From Nanobdellota archaeon (GTDB lineage Archaea; Nanobdellota; Nanobdellia; Pacearchaeales; GW2011-AR1): DNA of 64,000 nucleotides. A program made the translations under genes and the position numbers. Positions 32,075 to 40,936 of this stretch are shown piece after piece. Location of the stretch: the NCBI GenBank assembly GCA_030648285.1, contig JAUSIC010000011.1, positions 1,513-65,512 on the forward strand. The letters run 5' to 3'. Numbering within the stretch: position 1 is the stretch's first letter; each line of letters opens with the position of its first letter. The notes beneath the pieces were generated by a model. It did no database searches. It saw only the letters and a list, made by a program, of their open reading frames with translations, and was not told where the DNA came from.

Positions 32075-32585
32075 CAAGCGAGAAGATATATTTAACATCT
32101 GTGTAAAAAGGAATTTCTTTTATCTTGAACAGCTTCATGCTAAAGAACCAAATTCCGACGACAAAAACAATACTTCCGATATACCAGAACAACAAATGAG
32201 CAAAATCAAACCATACTGCTCCTGAGATAAAAAGGGCACTTGAAACAATAATCCTAATTATATTCACTATAAAAAATAATAAAAAAGAAAACAACAAAAG
32301 CAATAATCTTTTCTTTATCTTGATGCTTGGAATTGAAAGATTAAAAATCAGCATCAAATAATAAGCAGAACCTGCAACACAAGCTTCAATTATTTCTATT
32401 GGAATTGAATTAACAAGAATTATGTTGCCCATTAACAAGGTATTTTCATAAAATAGCTTAAGAAAGAAATAAGAAACATAAACTGTCAAAGGAGTAAACA
32501 AGAAATAAAACAGCCAGAAATTTGGGGTTCCTGTTATTATCAGAATTAAATATCTTATAAGAATGCTCAATAAATTCTTTTTCAT
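32058..32585 (-). CDS. exosortase/archaeosortase family protein (short)
   Basis: Multi-TM protein with IEACVAGSAYY (a conserved Cys) and IVNIIRIIV (Asn...Arg) spaced as in sortase catalytic residues. Confidence 0.4.
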   Translation of the reverse strand: MKKNLLSILIRYLILIITGTPNFWLFYFLFTPLTVYVSYFFLKLFYENTLLMGNIILVNSIPIEIIEACVAGSAYYLMLIFNLSIPSIKIKKRLLLLLFSFLLFFIVNIIRIIVSSALFISGAVWFDFAHLLFWYIGSIVFVVGIWFFSMKLFKIKEIPFYTDVKYIFSLAKKKP

Positions 32586-32638
32586 TTATATTAAAACAAA
32601 AAGCTATTTAAATAATTTAATGTTAATATAAATATAAA

Positions 32639-33289
32639 ATGAAGAAGAAAAGATGGTTGATTTCAGTATTCTTGTTTGTCTTAATAACGGGAATAAGCCT
32701 GTATTTTGATACTGGATTCTCAAAATTAATTTCTTTGTTAAGAACAAGGTTTTTGGATAATATTTTTCTTGGAATAACTTTTGTAAGCTCAGAAATAATA
32801 ATATTTTTTATTCTCACAAGCCTTTTTTTATGGAAAGATAACAAAAGAAAGTGGATTGTTCCATTATGGTTTAGTCTTGCAGCTTCTGCTATTGTCAGTT
32901 TTTTCCTGAAAATTGCTGTGCAGAGAAACCGTCCTTTCCAATTAGGACTTGTTCCTGCTCTCACTGTGTTGCAGGAAGCAAGCTTTAACATCTGGAATTT
33001 TTCATTCCCTTCATTCCAAACAATGATGGCTTTTAGTGCTGTTCCTATTTTGTCAAGAGAATACCCAAGATTGAAATACTTCTGGATTGCATTCGCAGGA
33101 TTAATCGGGTTCTCTAGAATTTACTTTGGATTACATTTCCTTAGCGATGTTGTTATAGGAGGATTTTTAGGGTATCTGATAGGAATGTTTATTGTCCAGA
33201 AAGAAGAAGAAATAAAGTTTGGAGAAAAAATAGCAAGAATGGTTTTCAAGAAGAAAGTCAAGTATAAGTATAAGGAGAGGGAGAAATAA
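32639..33289 (+). CDS. PAP2-family membrane phosphatase
   Basis: KIAVQRNRPF (KxxxxxxRP) and SRIYFGLHFLSDV (SRxxxxxHxxxD). Confidence 0.65.
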   Translation: MKKKRWLISVFLFVLITGISLYFDTGFSKLISLLRTRFLDNIFLGITFVSSEIIIFFILTSLFLWKDNKRKWIVPLWFSLAASAIVSFFLKIAVQRNRPFQLGLVPALTVLQEASFNIWNFSFPSFQTMMAFSAVPILSREYPRLKYFWIAFAGLIGFSRIYFGLHFLSDVVIGGFLGYLIGMFIVQKEEEIKFGEKIARMVFKKKVKYKYKEREK

Positions 33290-33471
33290 AAATTTAATAG
33301 AGAAAAATTAATCTATACTGAAGTTCATTGACACTTTTTAATTCGTGAGTTCACTTGGACAAATGTTGGGGCGAAACTCGTGAACATCACTCACAACTTA
33401 TAACCAGTGTTTCTACATTAATATTATATCAATATTTGCGAAGCAAACTATTTGTATCTATCCAGAAAGAA

Positions 33472-33756
33472 TTAATCTTTTTTATTCGGTTCAAATAAAG
33501 CGTCACCTTGCCAATATTTTTCTTCATCATCTTTTGTTCTAAACCACAGGGTTCTGCTATCTGAAGAAGAATAAAGTATCTTTGCATCAGGATAATTTGC
33601 TATAGTTTTTCCTCCAGAATAAAGAGTTACATTTCCTTTTTTTCCAACAAGAGTTTTGTAACCGAAGGTTTGTTCTTTCATTAGATTTACAACACCACAA
33701 CTTGTTAATGTTAACAATGCTAATCCTGTTAAACCTAATTTAGTTCTTGTTTTCAT
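33472..33756 (-). CDS. lipoprotein-like hypothetical protein
   Basis: LTLTSCGV lipobox-like signal. Confidence 0.35.
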   Translation of the reverse strand: MKTRTKLGLTGLALLTLTSCGVVNLMKEQTFGYKTLVGKKGNVTLYSGGKTIANYPDAKILYSSSDSRTLWFRTKDDEEKYWQGDALFEPNKKD

Positions 33757-33766
33757 TTTATCAGAA

Positions 33767-35380
33767 TTATTTCTTCACTAATCTCACTGCTACTAAGATA
33801 ATTATCAAAACCAAAACTATATTCAATGCTCCTATTGCCCATACATACCAGTTGCTATTTCCGATTACAGAACCTGTTCCTGGAAACAAACTGAATCCTG
33901 GTTTTTCTACTGTTACTTCAACAGGCTGAGGAATAACTTTACTATCTTTGTCTGTCAAATCCAAGTTAAATGTTTTCTTTCCTGAAGCATCTGAGTTTAC
34001 CAAGAATGTCAATTCAACTTCTGCACTATCTCCTGCTCCAAGTACTAATGTATCTGGAGAGAACTTTACTAATTTTGCCCAAGCGTCATATCCGCTTGAA
34101 CTTACTGTAAATGTTCTTGAAACAGTGTCTGTGTTTGTGACTGTAACTTTAACAGCCATTTCCTGTCCTGCTTTTCCACCTGATGTCAAGTCAGCTGATG
34201 TTATTAATTTAGCATCAAAGACACATGCACCACCTTGGATTTTAAGAGGAACGTTGAACTTTGATTCGTCATCATTGAACCCATTAGTATAAAGGTCATC
34301 ATTTTCATCATAAACCAAGAAAGTAATAGGATAACTTCCTTCCTGAGCATCTTGTGGAACATTGAATGTAAAATCCATTGTTGTGCTATCTAAAGAATCT
34401 ATATCTCCGATTTGAACTGTTTCATCAAGTCCAAGTTGAGAATTAATTATTTCAACATAAACATTATTCTGATTATCTGAACCTACATTTGAAATATCTG
34501 CTGTTATTTCTATCTGTGAACCGCAATTTACAAGTTCAGGAACCTGAATATTGCTTAGTATTACAAAATCATTTTCAAACTGCACGTCTATGCTTTCTGA
34601 ATCAATATCTGATGTTTTATTACTGCTGAACTCTTCATCTTCTCCTGTAACCCATGCATAAAATCGATAATTGCTGTTATCTGCATCAAACTTAGAAAGA
34701 CTATCTAAAATGAAATCAACTGTCAGAGACTTGTCATCTCCGTCGTTTAGACTAAAAGAACTTTCTTTTTCTTTAATTATCCATTTTCCTGCATCTATAT
34801 CATAAAGCCCATAATTCAATACTATACTTTTTATCTTATCTGCGCCGTCATTTGTCACATCTACTTTTGCACGAATTTCATCTAAAGGAAACCAAGATGT
34901 ATCTTCTCCAAATCCATTTTCAACATTAAGAGTATCTATGCTGACATCTAAATTATCTCCTAGGTTTTTATCCTGATTAGGAGAATTCATAAAATTAAGT
35001 GTTAAATTATCATTATTTGTTGCATTTCCAACTTCACTGATTACATAATTTGTTGAAAATGTTTTTCCAAAAACAAAAGCAGAATCAACAGGTATAGTAA
35101 TTGAAGCATTTATAGGTACACTGCTACTTGCAGGCACAATTACACTTCCTGTAGGGCTGAAGGTTACTGTAGCAGTATGTCCTTTGCCATCTGAGATTGT
35201 TTGTGAACTTAAAGAAACTGTTACTGGTGATGCAACACTATTAGAAATAGTGAAACTCACAACATCCCCAAACTGATTGAGAGTAATTGCATCTGTTGGA
35301 AGAGTAATTGCAGCGCTTACAGTGCTTACCATAAGCATTAATGCAAAAATACCAAAAATCAAAGTTATTTCTTTTTTCAT
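33767..35380 (-). CDS. cell-surface protein with PGF-CTERM-like C-terminal sorting signal
   Basis: Signal peptide. C-terminal KPGFSLFPGTGS...TM helix...RLVKK. Confidence 0.55.
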   Translation of the reverse strand: MKKEITLIFGIFALMLMVSTVSAAITLPTDAITLNQFGDVVSFTISNSVASPVTVSLSSQTISDGKGHTATVTFSPTGSVIVPASSSVPINASITIPVDSAFVFGKTFSTNYVISEVGNATNNDNLTLNFMNSPNQDKNLGDNLDVSIDTLNVENGFGEDTSWFPLDEIRAKVDVTNDGADKIKSIVLNYGLYDIDAGKWIIKEKESSFSLNDGDDKSLTVDFILDSLSKFDADNSNYRFYAWVTGEDEEFSSNKTSDIDSESIDVQFENDFVILSNIQVPELVNCGSQIEITADISNVGSDNQNNVYVEIINSQLGLDETVQIGDIDSLDSTTMDFTFNVPQDAQEGSYPITFLVYDENDDLYTNGFNDDESKFNVPLKIQGGACVFDAKLITSADLTSGGKAGQEMAVKVTVTNTDTVSRTFTVSSSGYDAWAKLVKFSPDTLVLGAGDSAEVELTFLVNSDASGKKTFNLDLTDKDSKVIPQPVEVTVEKPGFSLFPGTGSVIGNSNWYVWAIGALNIVLVLIIILVAVRLVKK

Positions 35381-35574
35381 CTGTATTCATTTTGGAGTTA
35401 AGGCGATTTATAAACATTCTCGCGTTAAGAAATATATTTTAAGAATTGTATTTTGAAAAAATATTCTTTAACAAAATTTATATATTTCAAGAACTATAGA
35501 ATTAAGTAAAAAAGGAATATGACAGAACTAACATTCAGCACAAATACAAAATCGGCACAGAGGTATTTTGCATA

Positions 35575-35964
35575 ATGATAACATCAAGAGAGAATTCAAT
35601 TGGTGCATGGGCATTTCTCATTGGGGTTATATTGGCTATCCTGATTGGGTTGTTGAGTGCAATTATATTGGATGTTGCTTCAATGAAAGTCTACAGTTCT
35701 ATTATTTATACTATTCTTGTAATCCTTGGATTGATTGTTGGATTTTCAATAAAAGTGGAAGGAAAAGACAGCCAGACATTCATGATAGCAGGAACAATAC
35801 TTGTTTTAGTCAGCAAGTTCGGAATGGAAAGTGTCACAAGTTCTCTTATAGGAATTGGAATAGGAGACATTGTTTCTTCAACATTCGCAGCACTTCTTAG
35901 CTTATTTGTACCTGCAACAATAATTGTAGCTATAAAGACTGTTTTCTCTATTGCGAAGGTTTAA
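35575..35964 (+). CDS. hypothetical membrane protein
   Basis: Four TM helices. The conserved leader motif ends at its ATG. Confidence 0.4.
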   Translation: MITSRENSIGAWAFLIGVILAILIGLLSAIILDVASMKVYSSIIYTILVILGLIVGFSIKVEGKDSQTFMIAGTILVLVSKFGMESVTSSLIGIGIGDIVSSTFAALLSLFVPATIIVAIKTVFSIAKV

Positions 35965-36085
35965 TTTAATTAATAGATAGGAAATGTTAATATGAAAATT
36001 GAAGTCTGTTGTCGCTATGTGAAACTTATAATTAACGTTTTTAGATTAACACTTTATTAAATATTGAGCGATAGCGAAACAAATT
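35950..36085 (+). repeat. intergenic repeat family 2 (representative copy)
   Basis: AATTGAAGTCTGTTGTCG ... TTAGATTAACA.TTTAT ... GAGCGATAGCGA. Related copies are at about 23170-23235, 26695-26830, 30110-30185 and 56095-56260. Confidence 0.5.
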
Positions 36086-36099
36086 TTTGGTGGGCTCTA

Positions 36100-36732
36100 T
36101 TATCTTTTTTTAGAAATATCTCCCATATTAACAACACTCGCATCAAAATCTAATCTTGGACAAGCAGTATTAACCCAAGAACCTAAATTAAAGTTTTCAA
36201 ACTCACTTGGAGAAAGATTATTTCCTATTAATATATACGCCTTTTTGTTTTTCATTATTGAAGATTTTTTCAACTCCAAAGCTCTTTTCAGGTTTTCTTG
36301 TCCTGGTTTTGTTGAAACAAGAATTCCAACATTTTCTGAATTGAGAAATTTAAGATAAGCTGCTTTCTTTTTTGTTTTCAAAGATTCAATTTCTTTATCT
36401 GAAATTTCACTCATGCTATTATTATATAGCACATAAACAGGCAAGTTTGTTTCCATTGCCAGAGAAACAGCATGAAATCTTCCTGAACCTATTAATAATA
36501 TTGCTTTTGTTGATTTTTGAAAATTTGGCTTTGAACAACCTAAAACTTGAAGGAAAGAAGTTATTTCGTGGTTTCCATTGCTTGAAAGAATTTCTTTTAT
36601 TTCTTTAGCTGCATCTTGATATTGTATAGAATAAACTATTGCCAGATTTTTTGGAAGTTTTTTTGAAATTTCATCTATGGCTTTCTCGTTTACATTTGAT
36701 TTTATCTTTGCAGGAATGAATAAAGTTTTCAT
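36100..36732 (-). CDS. dph2: diphthamide biosynthesis Dph2-like protein (short form)
   Basis: N-terminal KNLAIVYSIQYQDAAKEIKEIL resembles the Dph2 start (QxPEGL region). Cys-containing LGCSKP and TACPRL. Only about two-thirds of normal length. Confidence 0.35.
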   Translation of the reverse strand: MKTLFIPAKIKSNVNEKAIDEISKKLPKNLAIVYSIQYQDAAKEIKEILSSNGNHEITSFLQVLGCSKPNFQKSTKAILLIGSGRFHAVSLAMETNLPVYVLYNNSMSEISDKEIESLKTKKKAAYLKFLNSENVGILVSTKPGQENLKRALELKKSSIMKNKKAYILIGNNLSPSEFENFNLGSWVNTACPRLDFDASVVNMGDISKKR

Positions 36733-36776
36733 AGAAAACTGAGAGAAATAAGGGTTTTAAAGCTTATCAATTAACT

Positions 36777-37091
36777 CTAAAAGTTAACTTCAAAACCTTC
36801 TGCTTTTAGTCTAGAGGCATATTCTATTTCTCTTAAGTTTAACTCGGGAGAACTTTCGACATAAGGACTATTCTTTTCATCTCTCCTATAGACTGTTACT
36901 GGAAGTCCAGGTCTTCTCTCAAAACCGAAAATACTTTTTATATAAATATTTAATAAAATCCTATTTCCATCAGGACTACGGTACATAGATACTACAGGAG
37001 GAAAACTACACTCTTTTTTAAATTTTTTAAAATAATCAATAAATTCCCTGAAATTTCCGGGTTGTCCACAAAGAATTTTTCTTAAACTCAT
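36777..37091 (-). CDS. hypothetical protein
   Basis: 104-aa ORF. Confidence 0.3.
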   Translation of the reverse strand: MSLRKILCGQPGNFREFIDYFKKFKKECSFPPVVSMYRSPDGNRILLNIYIKSIFGFERRPGLPVTVYRRDEKNSPYVESSPELNLREIEYASRLKAEGFEVNF

Positions 37092-37146
37092 TATTTTTTA
37101 GAGAATAATTATCTTTTAAGGATTATTGTTCTTTAATATATAAGAA

Positions 37147-37545
37147 TTAATCAAACTTGTTCTTTCTCTGTTGATCTTCTTTTGGCTTTGCAGGGTCTTT
37201 GTGTATTGCAGCGAAAGAAGGTGTAACAATCACCATGTTTTCTCCAAAACCAGCAATACTACCTTCAAGAGCATCTGCTGTTTTCTTGATTTTTGAAATT
37301 GCTCTCTTTAACTCAATAGAATCTTTTTGCCTTAATGGCTTTATATCAATAATTGCAATCACATATCCTTCTCTGATTGAATTAAGAACATCGTTAACAT
37401 CTTCATAAACTTTCAATGAGAATAACTTGACGAGAACCTTGTTGTCTTTTGTTGCTTCTTTTTCTAAATCTATTTCAAGATACTCTTCACCTGCTGTTTC
37501 ATCCTTAGGGGAAAACACCTTTTTTAATCTATCAAACGCTGCCAT
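37147..37545 (-). CDS. sepF: SepF-like cell-division protein (DUF552)
   Basis: GYVIAIIDIKPLRQKD...ADALEGSIAGFGENMVIVTP resembles the SepF core. Confidence 0.5.
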   Translation of the reverse strand: MAAFDRLKKVFSPKDETAGEEYLEIDLEKEATKDNKVLVKLFSLKVYEDVNDVLNSIREGYVIAIIDIKPLRQKDSIELKRAISKIKKTADALEGSIAGFGENMVIVTPSFAAIHKDPAKPKEDQQRKNKFD

Positions 37546-37831
37546 ATTAATTTTATAATTGGCGGATTTATAAATATTTCGTGACTATTTTATATATGAT
37601 TGAGTCGAGAGAGTGTCGAGGAGAATTGTATTAGAAAAAATAGTTGCTCATAATTGTTCGCAACCCCACTCGATTTGGATTATCAGAAACTCGTGAAGTT
37701 GCTCATCGCAAGATTATATTATAACAATGTTAATCAAGAAACATTAGTTAAGTTGAACAATATTTACAAAAGGCTTCAATTATTCTATTAATATCTTCCT
37801 TAAAATATCAAATTTTACGAAGTGAACAAAA

Positions 37832-38155
37832 TTATTCCTCTCTCTTACCCAAAACTTCTTCTTTCAATACTTCAAGATTTTCTGAAAAAGAATTTTCCTG
37901 TTTTTCAATTGATTTAATTCTTAATTCAAGAAGTTTTTCCTTGTTTGACAAATCGTCGAGGACTTTTTTTTGGTCAGATTTTATCATCAGTTGCCCAATA
38001 ATCTTGAAAACATCCTCTTTTGCTTGTTCAATTTCTGTTTTTGAAGCCTGGGTTTCAGAAAGTTCCATCTGGAAAGCTTGTCTTTGGTAAGCCAAACTTT
38101 GCAAATTTTGTTCAAGAATTTGCATTTCTTCTATTTTTTGATTTTGTTCTTTCAT
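37832..38155 (-). CDS. pfdB: prefoldin beta subunit
   Basis: Coiled-coil halves flanking a beta-hairpin. Conserved position downstream of L37Ae-RpoP. Confidence 0.7.
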   Translation of the reverse strand: MKEQNQKIEEMQILEQNLQSLAYQRQAFQMELSETQASKTEIEQAKEDVFKIIGQLMIKSDQKKVLDDLSNKEKLLELRIKSIEKQENSFSENLEVLKEEVLGKREE

Positions 38156-38160
38156 TGAAT

Positions 38161-38298
38161 TTATTGTGCTTTTACTATTTTAGTCTTTGTTCTTGGCTTG
38201 TAGAAGATTTTGCTTCCACAATAAGGACAAACAAATCTCTTGTCAAGGTTAGCACTAGAGATTTTTTTCTCGCACTTGAAACATTTATATGTTGCCAT
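38161..38298 (-). CDS. rpoP: DNA-directed RNA polymerase subunit P (Rpo12)
   Basis: 45-aa MATYKCFKCEKKISSANLDKRFVCPYCGSKIFYKPRTKTKIVKAQ with a CxxC...CxxC zinc ribbon. Confidence 0.6.
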   Translation of the reverse strand: MATYKCFKCEKKISSANLDKRFVCPYCGSKIFYKPRTKTKIVKAQ

Positions 38299-38299
38299 T

Positions 38300-38521
38300 T
38301 TATTTTTCTAAGTAAAATATATCTGAAGCAAATTTTTTATCGCATTTTTTGCATTTCCAAATTCCTTTTGATAATCTTTTAACTCCCATTTTTCCACAAT
38401 ATGGACACTTTTGCTTTACTCTTTGCTTTGATTCTATTTTCACTACGTTTGCTCTTACTGAACGTCCGTATCTTGCTCCGTATCTTCCTGATGATTTTGT
38501 TTTTTTTGATTTTGTTGTCAT
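38300..38521 (-). CDS. rpl37ae: ribosomal protein L37Ae (L43e)
   Basis: GARYGRSVR...CPYCG...CKKC zinc ribbon. Confidence 0.8.
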   Translation of the reverse strand: MTTKSKKTKSSGRYGARYGRSVRANVVKIESKQRVKQKCPYCGKMGVKRLSKGIWKCKKCDKKFASDIFYLEK

Positions 38522-38536
38522 GTTATTTTATTTTAA

Positions 38537-38609
38537 TGGGGATACCCGGATTTGAACCGGGGTCGCGAGGTCCCAAACCTCGAAGGCTACCAGACTACCC
38601 CATATCCCC
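38537..38609 (-). tRNA. tRNA-Pro (TGG)
   Basis: Reverse complement GGGGATATGGGGTAGTCTGGTAGCCTTCGAGGTTTGGGACCTCGCGACCCCGGTTCAAATCCGGGTATCCCCA with a TTTGGGA anticodon loop. Confidence 0.8.
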
Positions 38610-38642
38610 TGTAATATTAAGGGTTTTGGGAAATTTATAAAG

Positions 38643-39353
38643 CTATTTCTTCGGCTTTTCTGTCTTCGAAGCAGGTTCTGCTTTTTCCTCCTTCTTCTCT
38701 GCAACAGGTGTTGTGGTTGCTGTTGTTCCTGCAGCAGTTGCAGCAGCTTCTTTTGCAGCCTCAGCAGCAGCTTGTTCCTGCTTCAAGGCTTTTTCCTGTT
38801 TAGCTTTCAATTCTGAAAAATAAGCATCCATTGATTCTTTTTTATCTTGAGGAGTTTGTGTTGATTCTGATTTTATTTCCTTGTCATATTTTCCTGCATC
38901 AATTTCTTTTTCAACTTCTGCTGGTGATTTGTTTTCAACCAACACACCAAGAGTCATGCATGTTCCTACAACACTTTTAACAGCTGCCTTCAAATTTTTT
39001 GCAAGAAGATTTTGATATTTCATTTTAGCGACAGAAATAACTTGCTCAATTGAAGCATTTGCAACCTGCATTTTCTTTTGTATTCCAGAACCTTTTTCTA
39101 TTTTCAATTCTCTTTTCAAAAGCTCTGAGACAGGAGGTGAAAAAACCTTAACATCAAATTTTTTTGTAGAAGGATTCACATCTAATTCAACAGGAACTTT
39201 TAATCCTTCGAATGATTTTGTTGCTTCGTTTACTGATTGTATTACTTGATTAAGATTTATTCCCATTGGACCAAGCTTCTGGCTAAGAGCCGGACCTGGC
39301 TTCATGCTTCCACCTTCGACTAAAAGTTTAACTTGCATCTTCTTCTCCTTCAC
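38643..39353 (-). CDS. rpl11: ribosomal protein L11 with long Ala/Glu/Lys-rich C-terminal extension
   Basis: VKLLVEGGSMKPGPALSQKLGPMGINLNQV... is the L11 core. About 75 extra low-complexity residues follow. Confidence 0.85.
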   Translation of the reverse strand: MKEKKMQVKLLVEGGSMKPGPALSQKLGPMGINLNQVIQSVNEATKSFEGLKVPVELDVNPSTKKFDVKVFSPPVSELLKRELKIEKGSGIQKKMQVANASIEQVISVAKMKYQNLLAKNLKAAVKSVVGTCMTLGVLVENKSPAEVEKEIDAGKYDKEIKSESTQTPQDKKESMDAYFSELKAKQEKALKQEQAAAEAAKEAAATAAGTTATTTPVAEKKEEKAEPASKTEKPKK

Positions 39354-39783
39354 GTCTTATGACTTTAACATTGTCTATTTTAACTGTAACTGGCAATGGA
39401 ACAACTGCTCCAAGCAAGCTTACTACTGCTTCTTCTTTCTGCTTGTCTACTCTTAAAACTTTTGCTTTTTCCTTTTTGAAAGGTTCTGCAAGAATTTCAA
39501 CAATATCTCCTTCCTTGATTGTAATTGTTGTTGCAGAAGGTTCAATCATGTTTTTTATTTCTTCATAAGTGATTGTCTTACCAATTATTCCTTTCACATA
39601 TGGAAGATTAAAAACAGATTCTTCTGCTGATTCCCTGTCTTCTGCTTCGAGAAGAATATATCCTCTTAATCCATGAGGACGAGAAATTGAAAAAACATTT
39701 AAGTTTTTCTTTACAGCTCTGTCATAAATCATATCGAGCGCTTTCTCTTCTTTGTTTGTTGTTACCTTAATAATAAATATCAT
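39328..39783 (-). CDS. spt5: transcription elongation factor Spt5 (NusG homologue)
   Basis: NGN domain plus KOW (KEGDIVEILAEPFKKEKAKVLRVD). Position is upstream of L11. Confidence 0.8.
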   Translation of the reverse strand: MIFIIKVTTNKEEKALDMIYDRAVKKNLNVFSISRPHGLRGYILLEAEDRESAEESVFNLPYVKGIIGKTITYEEIKNMIEPSATTITIKEGDIVEILAEPFKKEKAKVLRVDKQKEEAVVSLLGAVVPLPVTVKIDNVKVIRREGEEDAS

Positions 39784-39873
39784 TTTATCTTTAGTTCCAT
39801 CTACGCCTCAATATTTGAGAAATAGATATAATTATTTGAAAATAAGGGTTTATAAAATTATTGATTTGTAAAA

Positions 39874-40665
39874 TCATTGATCAAATTTTTTATATTCTGG
39901 ATCAACAATCAATCCATTTTCCCTAACTTTTTTGCCTTTTAGGAATACACGTATCATAAAATCTATTTCCCCTGTATCTACATTTATTCTTCTCGTATAA
40001 GTATCAGTCATACCATAGTCTTTTCCATTAAGCCCAATATACAATCTTTGTGTATACTCTTTTGCAGATCTCTCGAGGATTATATTTTGATCATCATCCC
40101 ATTCATAAATTTTTAGCTTTTCTGGGTCTTCATCTCTTATTCTTTTAATATCCTCACCATTAGTATCCATCACATAAAGAGCAAACTTTCCATCTCTTTT
40201 AGAGGTAAATGCTATTCTCTCTTTATTAGGTGAAAGAGAAGGAAATACATCTATCCCCTGTCTATATGTTAACCTTCTTACCTTCCCATCATTAATAAAA
40301 ATTTCAAGATCCCCAGATTTAACATTATATTCATAAACATAAGGAATTTCTCCGTATTTTTTCCCAAGGGGTGAACTTTTTGGGGCAGTATATATTTCTT
40401 CATCTCTTTCCACTAACACTTTCTCTGTCTGTGGTGCTAATTGTGTTGAAACTATACTTTTTGTAACTTCTGCATTAAATACAGAACTAGGATTATTTGC
40501 AATTCTTACTGCTTTCTTATAAGCATCTGTTTCTCCTGTAACTGCTTCACTTGCTTGATTAGTTGTGCTATTAATTAATTTGTTAAGTAAATCGCAACCT
40601 GGAAGAAACAAACTTCCAACTGCAATTAATCCACTTAAAACAATATTTCCTAATGTTCTTCTCAT
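39874..40665 (-). CDS. PD40/TolB-like beta-propeller lipoprotein
   Basis: Signal/lipobox LPGCDL. Repeats such as SPNKERIAFTSKRDGKFALYVMDTNGE. Confidence 0.45.
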   Translation of the reverse strand: MRRTLGNIVLSGLIAVGSLFLPGCDLLNKLINSTTNQASEAVTGETDAYKKAVRIANNPSSVFNAEVTKSIVSTQLAPQTEKVLVERDEEIYTAPKSSPLGKKYGEIPYVYEYNVKSGDLEIFINDGKVRRLTYRQGIDVFPSLSPNKERIAFTSKRDGKFALYVMDTNGEDIKRIRDEDPEKLKIYEWDDDQNIILERSAKEYTQRLYIGLNGKDYGMTDTYTRRINVDTGEIDFMIRVFLKGKKVRENGLIVDPEYKKFDQ

Positions 40666-40722
40666 AATAATCTAACACTTCAATTCTTTATAAGTTTTTC
40701 TATTGTTGTCACTTATAAGTCG

Positions 40723-40905
40723 TTATTTAATAAACATCTTCATAAGAATAGATATAAGAAATCCAAAAAAACCAAGAATTAAAATTCCGATTGCAGAAAC
40801 TTTCGCAACCATTTGAAACTCTTTTCCTGTTGGCTTTTTCAACACAAGCCAGACTCTCTTGCATTTAGCTACAAAAGATTTGAGTTTAACCCATGAATTA
40901 TTCAT
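40723..40905 (-). CDS. secE: protein translocase subunit SecE/Sec61-gamma
   Basis: 60-aa ORF with a basic N-terminus and a single C-terminal TM. Confidence 0.55.
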   Translation of the reverse strand: MNNSWVKLKSFVAKCKRVWLVLKKPTGKEFQMVAKVSAIGILILGFFGFLISILMKMFIK

Positions 40906-40936
40906 GACTTAAAGAAATAGAGGGAGTTTTTAAGTT

